Below, piece after piece: positions 49,212-58,787 of a stretch of 64,000 nucleotides of DNA. How positions within the stretch are numbered: the first letter of the stretch is position 1; every line of letters begins with the position of its first letter. The stretch comes from an uncultured Candidatus Saccharibacteria bacterium (lineage in GTDB: Bacteria > Patescibacteriota > Dojkabacteria > SC72). Where the stretch lies: NCBI GenBank assembly GCA_964618765.1, contig CAZUDZ010000002.1, forward strand, positions 66,129-130,128. The letters run 5' to 3'. The notes under the pieces are model-generated. The model saw only the letters and a list, made by a program, of their open reading frames with translations. It was not told the origin of the DNA and searched no databases. Made by a program: the position numbers and the translations under genes.

Positions 49212-49849
49212 TACTCTTCGTCAGGATTATATATGGTATAAAATTCAGAAAGGAGTTCTTTAGTAGTTAATTGATGTCCAAAGAGACCCATTCTACTTAA
49301 CTGTTTTAATACATGGTCTCTTTTTGGGTAGAGAAATATTTTAGCCTTTTCGAGAAGTTGTTCTTCTTTCATTCCTTTTGCTTTTTCTTCTTCTTCTTTT
49401 GTTTTACGGACATCAAGAATGTTTGACCCTGGAATCGGGGCTCCTGGACTGTAGGGGATTACTATAAAGAAGTTTTTATCCAAAACATCATTTTGTACAA
49501 TTAATTTCTGTACAAAATGGGTATATATATTTAGTTGTTTTCTTAATCCTTCGCTAATCTCTGCTCTGTCGAGATTTGCTTTCAGATAGTCTAAATAGTT
49601 AGAGATATCGATTCTCTTTGTTCTGATTAGTATTTGGATTCGAAAATTTAAAGAATTGAGAAAACCAGCAAAAGCATATATTTTATTATCTTGTTCATAC
49701 TCTGCCAGAAGATCAAAGTTAATGGAGGAAGTTTGTATAACCATAGTGACACTTCCCTTACTAGTTATTATTAAATCATCTAAGATATCTTTAATCCCAA
49801 GATGATCTTGTGTTGATTCTGTTGCTCTTGCTCTAGTTTTCTTGTCCAC
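49211..49849 (-). CDS. VirB4 N-terminal-like (TraC-like) accessory protein
   Basis: STQDHLGI, SINFDLL..EQ, FLNSL.F.IQIL, KNFFIVIPY; translationally coupled between PrgI and VirB4. Confidence 0.7.
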   Translation of the reverse strand: MDKKTRARATESTQDHLGIKDILDDLIITSKGSVTMVIQTSSINFDLLAEYEQDNKIYAFAGFLNSLNFRIQILIRTKRIDISNYLDYLKANLDRAEISEGLRKQLNIYTHFVQKLIVQNDVLDKNFFIVIPYSPGAPIPGSNILDVRKTKEEEEKAKGMKEEQLLEKAKIFLYPKRDHVLKQLSRMGLFGHQLTTKELLSEFYTIYNPDEE

Positions 49850-49850
49850 T

Positions 49851-50684
49851 TTAAATGCTATTAATTTTAATTGGTGCTTTGTCTTCCTTATTCATAATTT
49901 CTAATTGAACCTCCGGGAACCTATACACAGGATGTTGAAATTCTAACATATATGTTCCTGGATCCCACAGTTTGTTTGTAAGGAAGTATCCACTCTCTCC
50001 TGTTTTATTTGCATACAGAATTTTTCTTTCAGAATTTTTAAGATAAGTTATGACATTGGGTATTGGTTTTAAATCTTTTGTAGAAAGCCAAATATTTATA
50101 TTTCCTGGTAATCTGTCCTGGCTTTTAATCTGAAATTGGTAGTTAGAAATATTTTCCTTCGTTATGATCAGGAAATTAGGATCTACAGGAGATGGAGTAA
50201 CCAGTTCAGGATCCACAGTAAGTTGCTCATCTAGCATATCACTTACCTCATCCTCTGCGAGAATATCTTTCTTGATGGGGAGAGCCTCTCCGATTATCTT
50301 GTTCTTTTTAACCTTTACATCCGTAGGAATCAGTCGACCTTCTTGGTCAGGTTTAACATTAGGTTTAATTCCTTTGTTCTCCATATCCTTTGTCAACCAA
50401 ACTCTTTGTGTGGGAGCTGTAATTGCACTTATGTAATTTTTAATAAAGACATCAGCATCTTGGTCATTAATGGGGACTAGTCCTAAGAATATTCCAGCAC
50501 TAGCAGAGAAGATGAAAACAGGTATTCCTAAAATCGCAGGGAGTACATTGCTGACAACTAGATAAATCATTACTCCTCCAAAACCAAGCCCTATCGCTAG
50601 GTAGGCGAATTCCTTAAGTGTAAACTTTGTAAAGAGTTTAAATTCAACATCTAATATATTTTGAGGAATGGCATGTTGTCTCAT
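49851..50684 (-). CDS. PrgI-family (VirB3-like) protein with C-terminal beta-sandwich domain
   Basis: HAIPQNILDVEFKLFTKFTLKEF, two TM, PTQRVW; C-terminal carboxypeptidase-regulatory-like pattern (KTGESGYF...PGTY). Confidence 0.8.
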   Translation of the reverse strand: MRQHAIPQNILDVEFKLFTKFTLKEFAYLAIGLGFGGVMIYLVVSNVLPAILGIPVFIFSASAGIFLGLVPINDQDADVFIKNYISAITAPTQRVWLTKDMENKGIKPNVKPDQEGRLIPTDVKVKKNKIIGEALPIKKDILAEDEVSDMLDEQLTVDPELVTPSPVDPNFLIITKENISNYQFQIKSQDRLPGNINIWLSTKDLKPIPNVITYLKNSERKILYANKTGESGYFLTNKLWDPGTYMLEFQHPVYRFPEVQLEIMNKEDKAPIKINSI

Positions 50685-50777
50685 ATATTGGCAGATTTTA
50701 CTACTTTTAGATAGTAAAGTTTACCAGAATATTGAGAAAAGTTTTAGATGTCTCTTTATTTCCTTTATAATACAGCT

Positions 50778-51578
50778 ATGCAAACAGCACAGAAAGCGTT
50801 CTTAAATCTAATTAAGTTCAGATCCGCTATGAATTTAACTCTCTCTAGGGATGATATCAAATATATATGGGGGAGAAGATTTCTGAGAAACTGGGAGACA
50901 AGCAAAGAGAAAGAACTAAGTAGGGAGATTAAAAAGATTAGAGAGAATGAAAATGAGTATGTAGCTAGAAAGATTGAGATTGTAAAGGAGCAGGTATCAA
51001 AATTGAAGGTCTTTGATTGGGTACAGTTCATTGGAATATCGGGATCGGTAGCCGCGGGGTTTGCCAAGGAAGATGATGATATTGATGTTTTTATAGTAGT
51101 TAAAAATGGAACGGTATGGTTATATAGGGTTATTATAATTTTAAGGAATCTTTTCCATAATAAAATTCGTGCTAAGAGGCATAAGAATGTAAAAAATAAG
51201 TTATGTCTTAATCTCATATGCGAGGAGAGGGGAGTACAGTTTCCCAATGATATCTTTAATTTTCATGAACTAATCTTTCTTAAACCTCTATATAACGGAA
51301 AGTATAAAAATTACATCTTCTCACAGAACGCATGGTTAGAGAGGGAGTATTTTGTTAAAAAAGAATTGCTTAGAACAAGAGTAGTTTCTCAAAAAGATGC
51401 ATTTCTCGTAATTAAGATAGCTAACCATCTAGCATTCATTGCTCAGTTAGTATTCATGAGTATTTCAAGACATAATCCAGAGATTGGAAGACTCAAGGAA
51501 AATTTTAAGAAAGGGAAGATAGAGTTTTTTGACCAGGATTTTAGAGAAGATAAGTTAACAAAGTTTTTCAAAAATTAA
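50778..51578 (+). CDS. Pol-beta-superfamily nucleotidyltransferase domain protein
   Basis: GISGSVA.G....DDDIDVFIV motif; ATG 50778 preferred (TATAAT 6 nt upstream) to 50748. Confidence 0.75.
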   Translation: MQTAQKAFLNLIKFRSAMNLTLSRDDIKYIWGRRFLRNWETSKEKELSREIKKIRENENEYVARKIEIVKEQVSKLKVFDWVQFIGISGSVAAGFAKEDDDIDVFIVVKNGTVWLYRVIIILRNLFHNKIRAKRHKNVKNKLCLNLICEERGVQFPNDIFNFHELIFLKPLYNGKYKNYIFSQNAWLEREYFVKKELLRTRVVSQKDAFLVIKIANHLAFIAQLVFMSISRHNPEIGRLKENFKKGKIEFFDQDFREDKLTKFFKN

Positions 51579-52621
51579 GAAAAAGAGTTTAAATCTACTA
51601 GTTGAGCCTTCTCAAGTAATCTCTTGGGTAACTCTTTATACTCTATCATGGTAATGAAGGTTTGTTGTTTTCCTAAAAATTTGTCATTAAAAACTCTTTT
51701 TGTATTCTCTGTATCTAGTTCGGATGATATGTCATCAAGAAGTAGGATAGGGTAGAAACCTAGTTTTTTTGCAACTAATTCCTGTTTGTTGAAAATCAGC
51801 TGCCCAATTGCTAATCTCTTTTCTCCACGAGAACCAAATTTTTTAATATCTGTTCCATTAATCAATCTCCAATCATCTCTATGTGGTCCTACATTAGTGT
51901 ATCCTGTCGCTATATCTCTCTTCTTTGATTCCTCTACTGCTGTTTCTATATCATGATCTCCATTAGATTTAATATATTCTACACTCAAGTCTTTTGAGCA
52001 AAGGTCCTTGCACAGATCGTCTCTTTTCTGTTGAATCTCTACTGCTACTGTTATTAGCTTCTCTGTCCAGAAGTTTAATTGAGTGTCATTTCTGGCTACT
52101 ATGCCTTTCTCGTAGAAATCTTTAGAGAGCTTTTTAAGATATGCGTTTCTCTGTCTTAATGTTTTATTAAATGTCTTCAATGTGTCTGAAAAGTCATATT
52201 CCATGAGGGCTATGGCTTCATCTAGGAAGTTTCTTCGTTTACTGGAAGATATCATTAATATTTCTATCTGTTCTGGATTGAAGATAGTGGAAGCCGTTTT
52301 TTCAAAGAATTTTTTGGGTGTTGTTTTTTGGTCATTGATTTTAAAGACTCTTTTCTCATCATCCTTGTAAAATGAATATATTTTATCGTCTATATCCATT
52401 TCTATACGAGTGTGTTTACCTTTTACTTTTTGAGTATTTAATACATATTCATCTGAAGAAGCCCAGGGTGAAGTTCCATTTGTAATTAGCATTATTGATT
52501 CTAGGATTGTACTTTTTCCTTTTGCATTATTTCCATGCAATACTACAATTTCTTTCTCTATGGAGATTTCCATTTTATCAAATTTCCTGAAATTTGAGAG
52601 CTTAATATTTTTAATCTTCAT
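51575..52621 (-). CDS. recF: DNA replication/repair protein RecF
   Basis: NFRK, GNNAKGKSTILE, RRNFLD, GPHRDD, GSRGEKR, ILLLDDISSELD. Confidence 0.93.
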   Translation of the reverse strand: MKIKNIKLSNFRKFDKMEISIEKEIVVLHGNNAKGKSTILESIMLITNGTSPWASSDEYVLNTQKVKGKHTRIEMDIDDKIYSFYKDDEKRVFKINDQKTTPKKFFEKTASTIFNPEQIEILMISSSKRRNFLDEAIALMEYDFSDTLKTFNKTLRQRNAYLKKLSKDFYEKGIVARNDTQLNFWTEKLITVAVEIQQKRDDLCKDLCSKDLSVEYIKSNGDHDIETAVEESKKRDIATGYTNVGPHRDDWRLINGTDIKKFGSRGEKRLAIGQLIFNKQELVAKKLGFYPILLLDDISSELDTENTKRVFNDKFLGKQQTFITMIEYKELPKRLLEKAQLVDLNSFS

Positions 52622-54435
52622 TATGTCCTAAGAATAGCTAGAAATGCTTCCTGTGGTATGGAGACTCTTCCGAACTCTTTTAATCTCTTTTTCCCTCTCT
52701 TCTGTTTTTCTAAAAGTTTCTTCTTTCTTGAGTAGTCTCCACCGTACAATTTTTCTGTAACATTTTTTCTGAATCCTTTTACATTCTCTCTTGCTATTAT
52801 TTTAGCATCTATGGCTGCTTGAAGAGGGATTGGGAATTGTTGTCTAGGAATGACTTTTTTCATTTCCTCCAGAAGTTTTACAGACCTTGTTCGAGTATTT
52901 TCTTTAACATCTAAGAAATCTAAAGCCTCTATCTCTTCATGATTAACAAGTACAGAGACCTTCACAATATCGGCAGGGAAGAAATCAATGAATTCGTATT
53001 CCATTGAAGCGTATCCGCTTGTTATATTTTTCATGGTGTCAAAGAAGTTTGATATTAGAGAGGCGAGAGGCATGTCATATTCTAATTTCACATACTGTTC
53101 TTTCAGATTTATGTCTTCATCGACTGTTAAATATTTTGTATTAACATACTGTCCTCTTTTTAATTGGCAAAGTCTCATTAGGTCTCCAATATATTTGTCT
53201 GGGGTTAAGATTTCTGTTCTTACCCATGGTTCTCGGACTTCTTTGATTTCAGAGCTGTTTGGAAGTTCACTTGGAGTTTGGACATCTATCTCAGTGCCAT
53301 TCATTTTCTTTACTTTGTATTCAACAGTAGGGGCTGTTACTAAGAGGTTTACATCGTACTCTCTTTCTAGCCTTTCTTGTACTATCTCCATGTGTAGTAG
53401 ACCAAGAAAGCCACATCTAAAACCAGAACCAAGGAGGTTTGACCGTTGGTCTGTGAATACTAGGGAGGAGTCGTTTAATGAAAGTTTCCTAAGAGCAATC
53501 TTTAAGTTTTCGTATTGTTCAGGATCAATGGGGAAGAATGTTGCATACATATTTGGTTTGGGGATCTTGTAGCCTTCTAGTGCGGCCATCTCCTCACTAT
53601 CTGACACCGTATCTCCGACAGTAAAATAACCGATATCTTTCATCCCAGTTGCAATATATCCTACCTGTCCTGTGTTTAGAATGTTAGTCTCTTTTAGATT
53701 TGGATTAAATATCCCTATCTCTGTAGGTTTGAAGGATTCTTTTCTTTGTATCATGTGTAATACTTGTGCTTTTCCAGCGATATGTTCTACTTTCCCATCA
53801 AATACTCTGATTGCTATTACAACTCCTCTGTGTTCGTCGTAGAAGGAGTCAAAGACTAGTGCTTTAAAAGCTTTTTCTGGATCTCCCTTTGGAGGGGGAG
53901 AGTCTTTTACAATTGTATCTAGAAGGAGATCTACATTCTCTCCTGTTTTTCCGGATACTTTAATTATTTCTTCCTTTTTAAATCCGAGTAATCCTTCTAT
54001 CTCTTTCTCCCTCTCTTCAATGTTAATGTGAGCGATATCTATTTTGTTAAGCACAGGAATTATTTTTAATCCTAATTCTAGAGCCTTTTTAGTGTTAGAT
54101 ATGGTTTGGGCTTGTATCCCCTGACTAGCATCTACTAAGAGTATTGCTGATTCACAAGCTGCAAGAGATCTGGATACTTCGTAAGAGAAATCCACATGTC
54201 CAGGAGTATCAATGAGGTTTAGTTCATATCCTTTCCAAATCATTTTGCACGCTTGTAACTTTATACTAATACCCTTTTCCTGTTCTAGCTCTAACCTGTC
54301 TAAGATCCTTTCTTTCCTTTTTTCCCTAGAAAGGTCTGTATGCACAGCTTCTAGAATCCTATCGGCTAAAGTAGATTTGCCATGGTCTATATGTGCTATT
54401 ATTGAAAAATTGCGTATCTTATCTAATTCTTTCAT
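52621..54435 (-). CDS. lepA: Elongation factor 4
   Basis: IRNFSIIAHIDHGKSTLADR, DTPGHVDF, GFRCGFLGLLHMEI, RKKKLLEKQK. Confidence 0.98.
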   Translation of the reverse strand: MKELDKIRNFSIIAHIDHGKSTLADRILEAVHTDLSREKRKERILDRLELEQEKGISIKLQACKMIWKGYELNLIDTPGHVDFSYEVSRSLAACESAILLVDASQGIQAQTISNTKKALELGLKIIPVLNKIDIAHINIEEREKEIEGLLGFKKEEIIKVSGKTGENVDLLLDTIVKDSPPPKGDPEKAFKALVFDSFYDEHRGVVIAIRVFDGKVEHIAGKAQVLHMIQRKESFKPTEIGIFNPNLKETNILNTGQVGYIATGMKDIGYFTVGDTVSDSEEMAALEGYKIPKPNMYATFFPIDPEQYENLKIALRKLSLNDSSLVFTDQRSNLLGSGFRCGFLGLLHMEIVQERLEREYDVNLLVTAPTVEYKVKKMNGTEIDVQTPSELPNSSEIKEVREPWVRTEILTPDKYIGDLMRLCQLKRGQYVNTKYLTVDEDINLKEQYVKLEYDMPLASLISNFFDTMKNITSGYASMEYEFIDFFPADIVKVSVLVNHEEIEALDFLDVKENTRTRSVKLLEEMKKVIPRQQFPIPLQAAIDAKIIARENVKGFRKNVTEKLYGGDYSRKKKLLEKQKRGKKRLKEFGRVSIPQEAFLAILRT

Positions 54436-54513
54436 AAGAGGAATTATATCACAGGAATACTGGAAGAAATGACTTTTGATGCTATTGAAGGGGAACTTCC
54501 TATCAAGTTTTAA

Positions 54514-55068
54514 CTAATTGATATTCAAGGTCATATCAAACATCTCTGAGAATTGTATTCCAGAGAGATTTTCTAATGCAAGAAAAAGAATAATTTTATC
54601 TCCAGATGAAACGGGGATTTTTTGCTCGTATGTGTTTCCCTTGTAATCTTGAAGCCTGTATGTTTCTTCATTAATTATTAAATATATTTCAGACTTAGTA
54701 TTGCTGAGAGTTTGTCCCCAAACGGAAATAACCTTCTCTTCTGCTGTTTTATTCTCTATTTCCAATATCGGTTTTGAGTATGAGTCCGCACCTCGCTTCC
54801 CTAGTCTTGCAGAGTATGCGTATTTAGAATCTTCAGTCTGATTAAGAGTTTCTTCGGAGAAAACTTCATGTTTTCCTCCGACTAGCCTAACGATGGTATC
54901 ATTCTGGGTCGTCACTCCCAAGATATCCAGTTTTTTAAGTTGTTTGGTAATTGGAGTTAGATTCATCACAGTTATTATGGGGAGGATGAAGAAAAGGGCT
55001 AGTAAGCCTAAAGCAAACGGTTCTAGTATTTGGGAAAATACCTTTTTAGTTTTATTTGTCTCCTTCAT
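54514..55068 (-). CDS. Hypothetical single-TM protein
   Basis: 184 aa; N-terminal TM followed by ILG motif and beta-rich domain. Confidence 0.7.
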   Translation of the reverse strand: MKETNKTKKVFSQILEPFALGLLALFFILPIITVMNLTPITKQLKKLDILGVTTQNDTIVRLVGGKHEVFSEETLNQTEDSKYAYSARLGKRGADSYSKPILEIENKTAEEKVISVWGQTLSNTKSEIYLIINEETYRLQDYKGNTYEQKIPVSSGDKIILFLALENLSGIQFSEMFDMTLNIN

Positions 55069-55070
55069 TG

Positions 55071-55619
55071 TTAGTAATAGTTGCTTTCCTTAGGATATAT
55101 CTTATCAGTTTCCAATTCAAATGTCTTTATGGTTCCCCAAATAGAGAGGAGTGCAATTACACCTGATGTAATTCCTATCCACTCATATGTTTGTCCCTGT
55201 AGGGTATGGATTATCGTAATGATGGAGCTTATTGTTACAAAGCTAGACCATATAAATATTTGTAAAAAAGAGGTGTCCTTTTTTGTTATCCATTTTAAGA
55301 TGTTTAGTTTTGTTACTTTCGCTATAGTTCTAGGATTTTGCAATGTAGTTTGGTAAATAGATGTTTTTGCAATGAAATATATGGCTGGTACTGCAAGGAA
55401 TAGTAACATAGTTAGGTTAGAAACAGAGTTAACAAAGAGGGTAGTACTATTGTCTGTAAAGGAGATTTGTATTGATACAAGACCATTCATTTCGTTTTGT
55501 ACGAAAAATTCTAGATCATATATTGCTGTAGGAATTATGATACCTAAAAACTTCCCAGCGATCATCAAAATAGCTGGAGTTAGGGATATTTTAAGCGCTC
55601 TTTTTAGCAGTTTTGACAT
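55071..55619 (-). CDS. Hypothetical 4-TM membrane protein
   Basis: 182 aa, four hydrophobic helices, overlaps rpsT end. Confidence 0.75.
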   Translation of the reverse strand: MSKLLKRALKISLTPAILMIAGKFLGIIIPTAIYDLEFFVQNEMNGLVSIQISFTDNSTTLFVNSVSNLTMLLFLAVPAIYFIAKTSIYQTTLQNPRTIAKVTKLNILKWITKKDTSFLQIFIWSSFVTISSIITIIHTLQGQTYEWIGITSGVIALLSIWGTIKTFELETDKIYPKESNYY

Positions 55620-55887
55620 TAGGTTGGGACAGTTTGTTTAAATTTTTTGTAAGACGAGATTTAATACGATCTGCCTTACCTTTCTTTATAACATTTTTCT
55701 TAGCTGTCTTGTCAAGAACTTTGTAAACATTTTTAAGATTTTTTTCTGCTTCTACCTTATTTCCTTGTTCCACTAGGGTATTTTGTTTTTTAACCGCTCT
55801 TTTAACTCTGTTTCTTAATCTGTCATTATTGACTTTTCTTCTTTTATTTTGTCTTAAATCTTTTATTGATGCTTGAAGATTTGGCAT
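55591..55887 (-). CDS. rpsT: 30S ribosomal protein S20
   Basis: MPNLQASIKDLRQNKRR, LDKTAKKNVIKKGKADRIKSRL; TTTACA-N17-TATAAT promoter at 55961-55933. Confidence 0.93.
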   Translation of the reverse strand: MPNLQASIKDLRQNKRRKVNNDRLRNRVKRAVKKQNTLVEQGNKVEAEKNLKNVYKVLDKTAKKNVIKKGKADRIKSRLTKNLNKLSQPNVKTAKKSA

Positions 55888-55988
55888 TTGAATTTTTAAT
55901 ACATGTAAAATATATGACTGGTATGTCAGGGCATTATATATATTTTACCCTTATTTGTAAACAATTGTTTTTGTGTTAGACTATTTCT

Positions 55989-56414
55989 ATGCAAGGTAGT
56001 AGTAAGTTTAAGATATCATTAAGTGTATTCTTAGTAATTTTAGTAGCATCTCTTACTTTTGTATATGTAGAGTTTTATGGGCAAGAGCAGCTTAGGGAGG
56101 AGACAGAGGAGGAGGTCATGGGAGTTAACACAGATACTGGGATTCCATATATTATTAGTTTAGCGCCAATTGTTGCAGAAGTAGGTAGTTTGTATGAGTA
56201 TCCTATTACCGCTGTAGATCGTGACACAAGACAGGGAGATTTGGTGGTAGAGTATGTTGAAGGACCAGGATGGTTAGTGTTAAATGATATGGTTTTAAGT
56301 GGATTAGTTCCACAGGAGAGTGAAGGTACTTACAAAGTTGTATTAAAGGTTTCTGATGGCTACAATAGTTCAATCCAAGAGACTTATATCTTAGTAGAGG
56401 AAGAGAATGAATAG
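55989..56414 (+). CDS. Membrane-anchored Ig/cadherin-like (putative Ig) domain protein
   Basis: N-terminal TM; YEYPITAVDRD, GPGWL, LSG, YKVVLKVSDG. Confidence 0.75.
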   Translation: MQGSSKFKISLSVFLVILVASLTFVYVEFYGQEQLREETEEEVMGVNTDTGIPYIISLAPIVAEVGSLYEYPITAVDRDTRQGDLVVEYVEGPGWLVLNDMVLSGLVPQESEGTYKVVLKVSDGYNSSIQETYILVEEENE

Positions 56415-56817
56415 GAAAAAGTTTTGCATAATAGGAGGGATTTTATCTTTTATTCTTGCCACTATTGGATTTCTACTAATAGCAACTAGGGAGTCAGCAA
56501 AGATCGATGTTAAAGGAGCTTCTCAGGGAGATTGTGTTCCATATAATATTTTTGTCATGAAGAGTTCCAATGAGTACTCCGTTGATATCATGTGGAGTAC
56601 AAGGGCTGAGTGTGTTAGTTTTGTACTGTACGGTAGAGATAGGGGAAACTTGGATATGGTGGGTGTAGATCTAGTAAATAGGAGTAGTTCTAAGGAGCAT
56701 ACTGTTACTTTGGATCAGTTACTTACAACAGAAACATACTATTTCCTTATCAACTCTCAAGAAGAAACTTACGGTAATAACGGGGCACCTTTGGAGTTTG
56801 TATTGGAAAATCTCTAA
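56407..56817 (+). CDS. Membrane-anchored FN3 / purple-acid-phosphatase-N-like domain protein
   Basis: N-terminal TM; IMWST, VLYG, HTVTLDQLLTTETYYF. Confidence 0.75.
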   Translation: MNRKKFCIIGGILSFILATIGFLLIATRESAKIDVKGASQGDCVPYNIFVMKSSNEYSVDIMWSTRAECVSFVLYGRDRGNLDMVGVDLVNRSSSKEHTVTLDQLLTTETYYFLINSQEETYGNNGAPLEFVLENL

Positions 56818-56818
56818 A

Positions 56819-58618
56819 CTACTTTCTGTCTCTTTCTTTCTTACTTAGTTCTTTAATGATTTTCGTTTCAAAATATTTCTTTGGTTTGAATATCTTCCAA
56901 GAGGCCATTTCTGCTTCTTTGTACACTCCTGATTCTACTAGCTTTTCCACGAGTGCCTGTCCCATCGGTTTTGAATATATATACCAACCAATTAAGAGTA
57001 CAAGTGCTCCAGTAATTATCCTTCCTATTACAGAATCAAATATCCCTGTTTCAGGTGTGGTAGGTGTATCTGGCTTCGTGACCTCCTCTTCATCCTTCTT
57101 CTCTTCTTCTACAGGATCTTTACAGGATTGTGCAACTTTCAAAACTAACTCAGCTCTTAAGGTTGTTGGATCTTCTGGTATTTCTAGGGGAGTTACAACT
57201 ACCTCGTTTTGATTGTCACCTGTGAGTGCATTTTCATCTACTTGGGATTGGAAAAGTATCGTTAGGGATTCTCCTGCTTTTATCTCCCATTCATCGGATT
57301 TCTCCCAAACCACTTCCTTTGTTTCTCCTACATCGGTTACTGTAACATAATCAGTATCTGATGCTGAGACCCCATTTATTTTTGAGGAATTTTTTACATA
57401 TGTAAATCCAAGAGGGAGCTTGTCTTTCACAGACGAGACATTTTGAGTTATGGTTCCTTGGTTTGTAGTTGTAATCGTAAACTGGGCGATATTATTAGGG
57501 GTAACCCTTTCAACACACTCTACGTTAGAAGTCTTGGTCACATTAAATTTAGATTCTTGACTCTCTGTTTGGGGAGCCTCTTCTTTCTTTTCTGGAGTTA
57601 TCTCTGGAAGATTAACAGTACCTTTAACAGTACCGATTAATTCTGTCTCTGTTCTTACCTCGGCAGTGACTTCTATTGTTCCTTTTAATTTGTCTAACTG
57701 AGAGAAGTTCAGTTCTGTTTCGAAATTATCTTTGTTGTAAAGAGCTTGTTCTAGTATCGTGATTTCTCCCTTTGCTGTATCTACTGTAAACCCTTCCTTC
57801 ATTAGAAGGTCTGCTAGGTCATTGTTGAAAGAGAATCTTATCTTAAGTTGCATCTCCTCTGAAATATTTCCTATACCAATTCGTACCTTAGAGATCTTGT
57901 AGTTATCACCATCTTGTCTTGGTTGTACCTGAAGATCACTAACATCAGACTCAGCCTCTTGAGTTATCTCTACTAATCTTCGACAGATAGGGGAGTTGAT
58001 TTGGTTTCCACTACTATCAGTTGCTGTCGCAAAAATATTTAAGGCAGAAGTACTTAGGTCAGTATAGACCTTAGTAATTGTTAACCCGTCTGGTGATACT
58101 TGATCTGGTTCTATTTCTTGATTGTTTATTATAAATTTGTGTGCAGTATATTCTTTGTCGAACTTAGCCTCTATGGTTATTTCATCGTCGGGGAGTATCT
58201 TTCCAGTAACTATCTTTCCAGCTTTGTCTGTAATTGTCATCGTATTACAGCGAACATCTTGTACTACCTGAAGGTTACAAATCTTGTAAAGCTCCTGTTC
58301 AGTATTGCTATTTAGTAAGTTTGTGGAGATATTGCTAGTAGAGCATGGGGCCTTACAAACCTGGTCGCTTGGTACTGTTGTTAATTCAAAAAGGAAACCT
58401 CTTCTAGGGTCTCCACACTCAGAGATAATAGCAGGATCTATGTAGTAACAGGCACAGGTGGTTTCAGTTAAAGTTTCACTTTCAGGACTCTCTCCTATTG
58501 TGTAAAAATACACAGCAGTAGCGATGAGAGCGATACCCAACATAACTGCCAATATTATTAATAGGGTTGTACTTTTTTTCTTTTCTTTTGTGGTGGGAAC
58601 TCTCCTAACTTCTTCCAT
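56819..58618 (-). CDS. Surface protein with Cys-rich N-domain, DUF11 domain and LPxTG-like (TPETG) sorting signal
   Basis: N-terminal TM; Cys cluster; VKDKLPLGFTYVKNS (DUF11); TPETG + hydrophobic helix + charged tail. Confidence 0.8.
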   Translation of the reverse strand: MEEVRRVPTTKEKKKSTTLLIILAVMLGIALIATAVYFYTIGESPESETLTETTCACYYIDPAIISECGDPRRGFLFELTTVPSDQVCKAPCSTSNISTNLLNSNTEQELYKICNLQVVQDVRCNTMTITDKAGKIVTGKILPDDEITIEAKFDKEYTAHKFIINNQEIEPDQVSPDGLTITKVYTDLSTSALNIFATATDSSGNQINSPICRRLVEITQEAESDVSDLQVQPRQDGDNYKISKVRIGIGNISEEMQLKIRFSFNNDLADLLMKEGFTVDTAKGEITILEQALYNKDNFETELNFSQLDKLKGTIEVTAEVRTETELIGTVKGTVNLPEITPEKKEEAPQTESQESKFNVTKTSNVECVERVTPNNIAQFTITTTNQGTITQNVSSVKDKLPLGFTYVKNSSKINGVSASDTDYVTVTDVGETKEVVWEKSDEWEIKAGESLTILFQSQVDENALTGDNQNEVVVTPLEIPEDPTTLRAELVLKVAQSCKDPVEEEKKDEEEVTKPDTPTTPETGIFDSVIGRIITGALVLLIGWYIYSKPMGQALVEKLVESGVYKEAEMASWKIFKPKKYFETKIIKELSKKERDRK

Positions 58619-58668
58619 GTGGGGCAGCTAAACTTATAATATTGAAATCCTTATTTTCATTCAGTAAA

Positions 58669-58696
58669 GTTTAGTTTAATGCTGCACGACTGTCAA
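58669..58696 (-). promoter_or_regulatory. Sigma-70 promoter of the DUF11 surface-protein gene
   Basis: Minus strand TTGACA-gtcgtgcagcattaaac-TAAACT (17-nt spacer); ends approximate. Confidence 0.7.
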
Positions 58697-58787
58697 CTGT
58701 ATAAAGGTGAGTTGAGGTCTGTTTCTGATTTAAATAGGGAGTAAGATTCTGTCAGATATAAAAATCTTTTAGAAAATGACTTGATAT

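Noticed and set aside
46508-50684. Integrative conjugative element call for the VirB4 cassette
   Set aside because: No relaxase, coupling protein, integrase or flanking direct repeats in the window; embedded among housekeeping genes
50778-51578. CBASS or MNT-HEPN defence system
   Set aside because: No effector, HEPN or Cap genes adjacent; only a generic NTase motif is visible
55915-55928. TGAC-N6-GTCA mini-stem in the rpsT leader as an autoregulatory element
   Set aside because: Only 4 bp; expected by chance without comparative support
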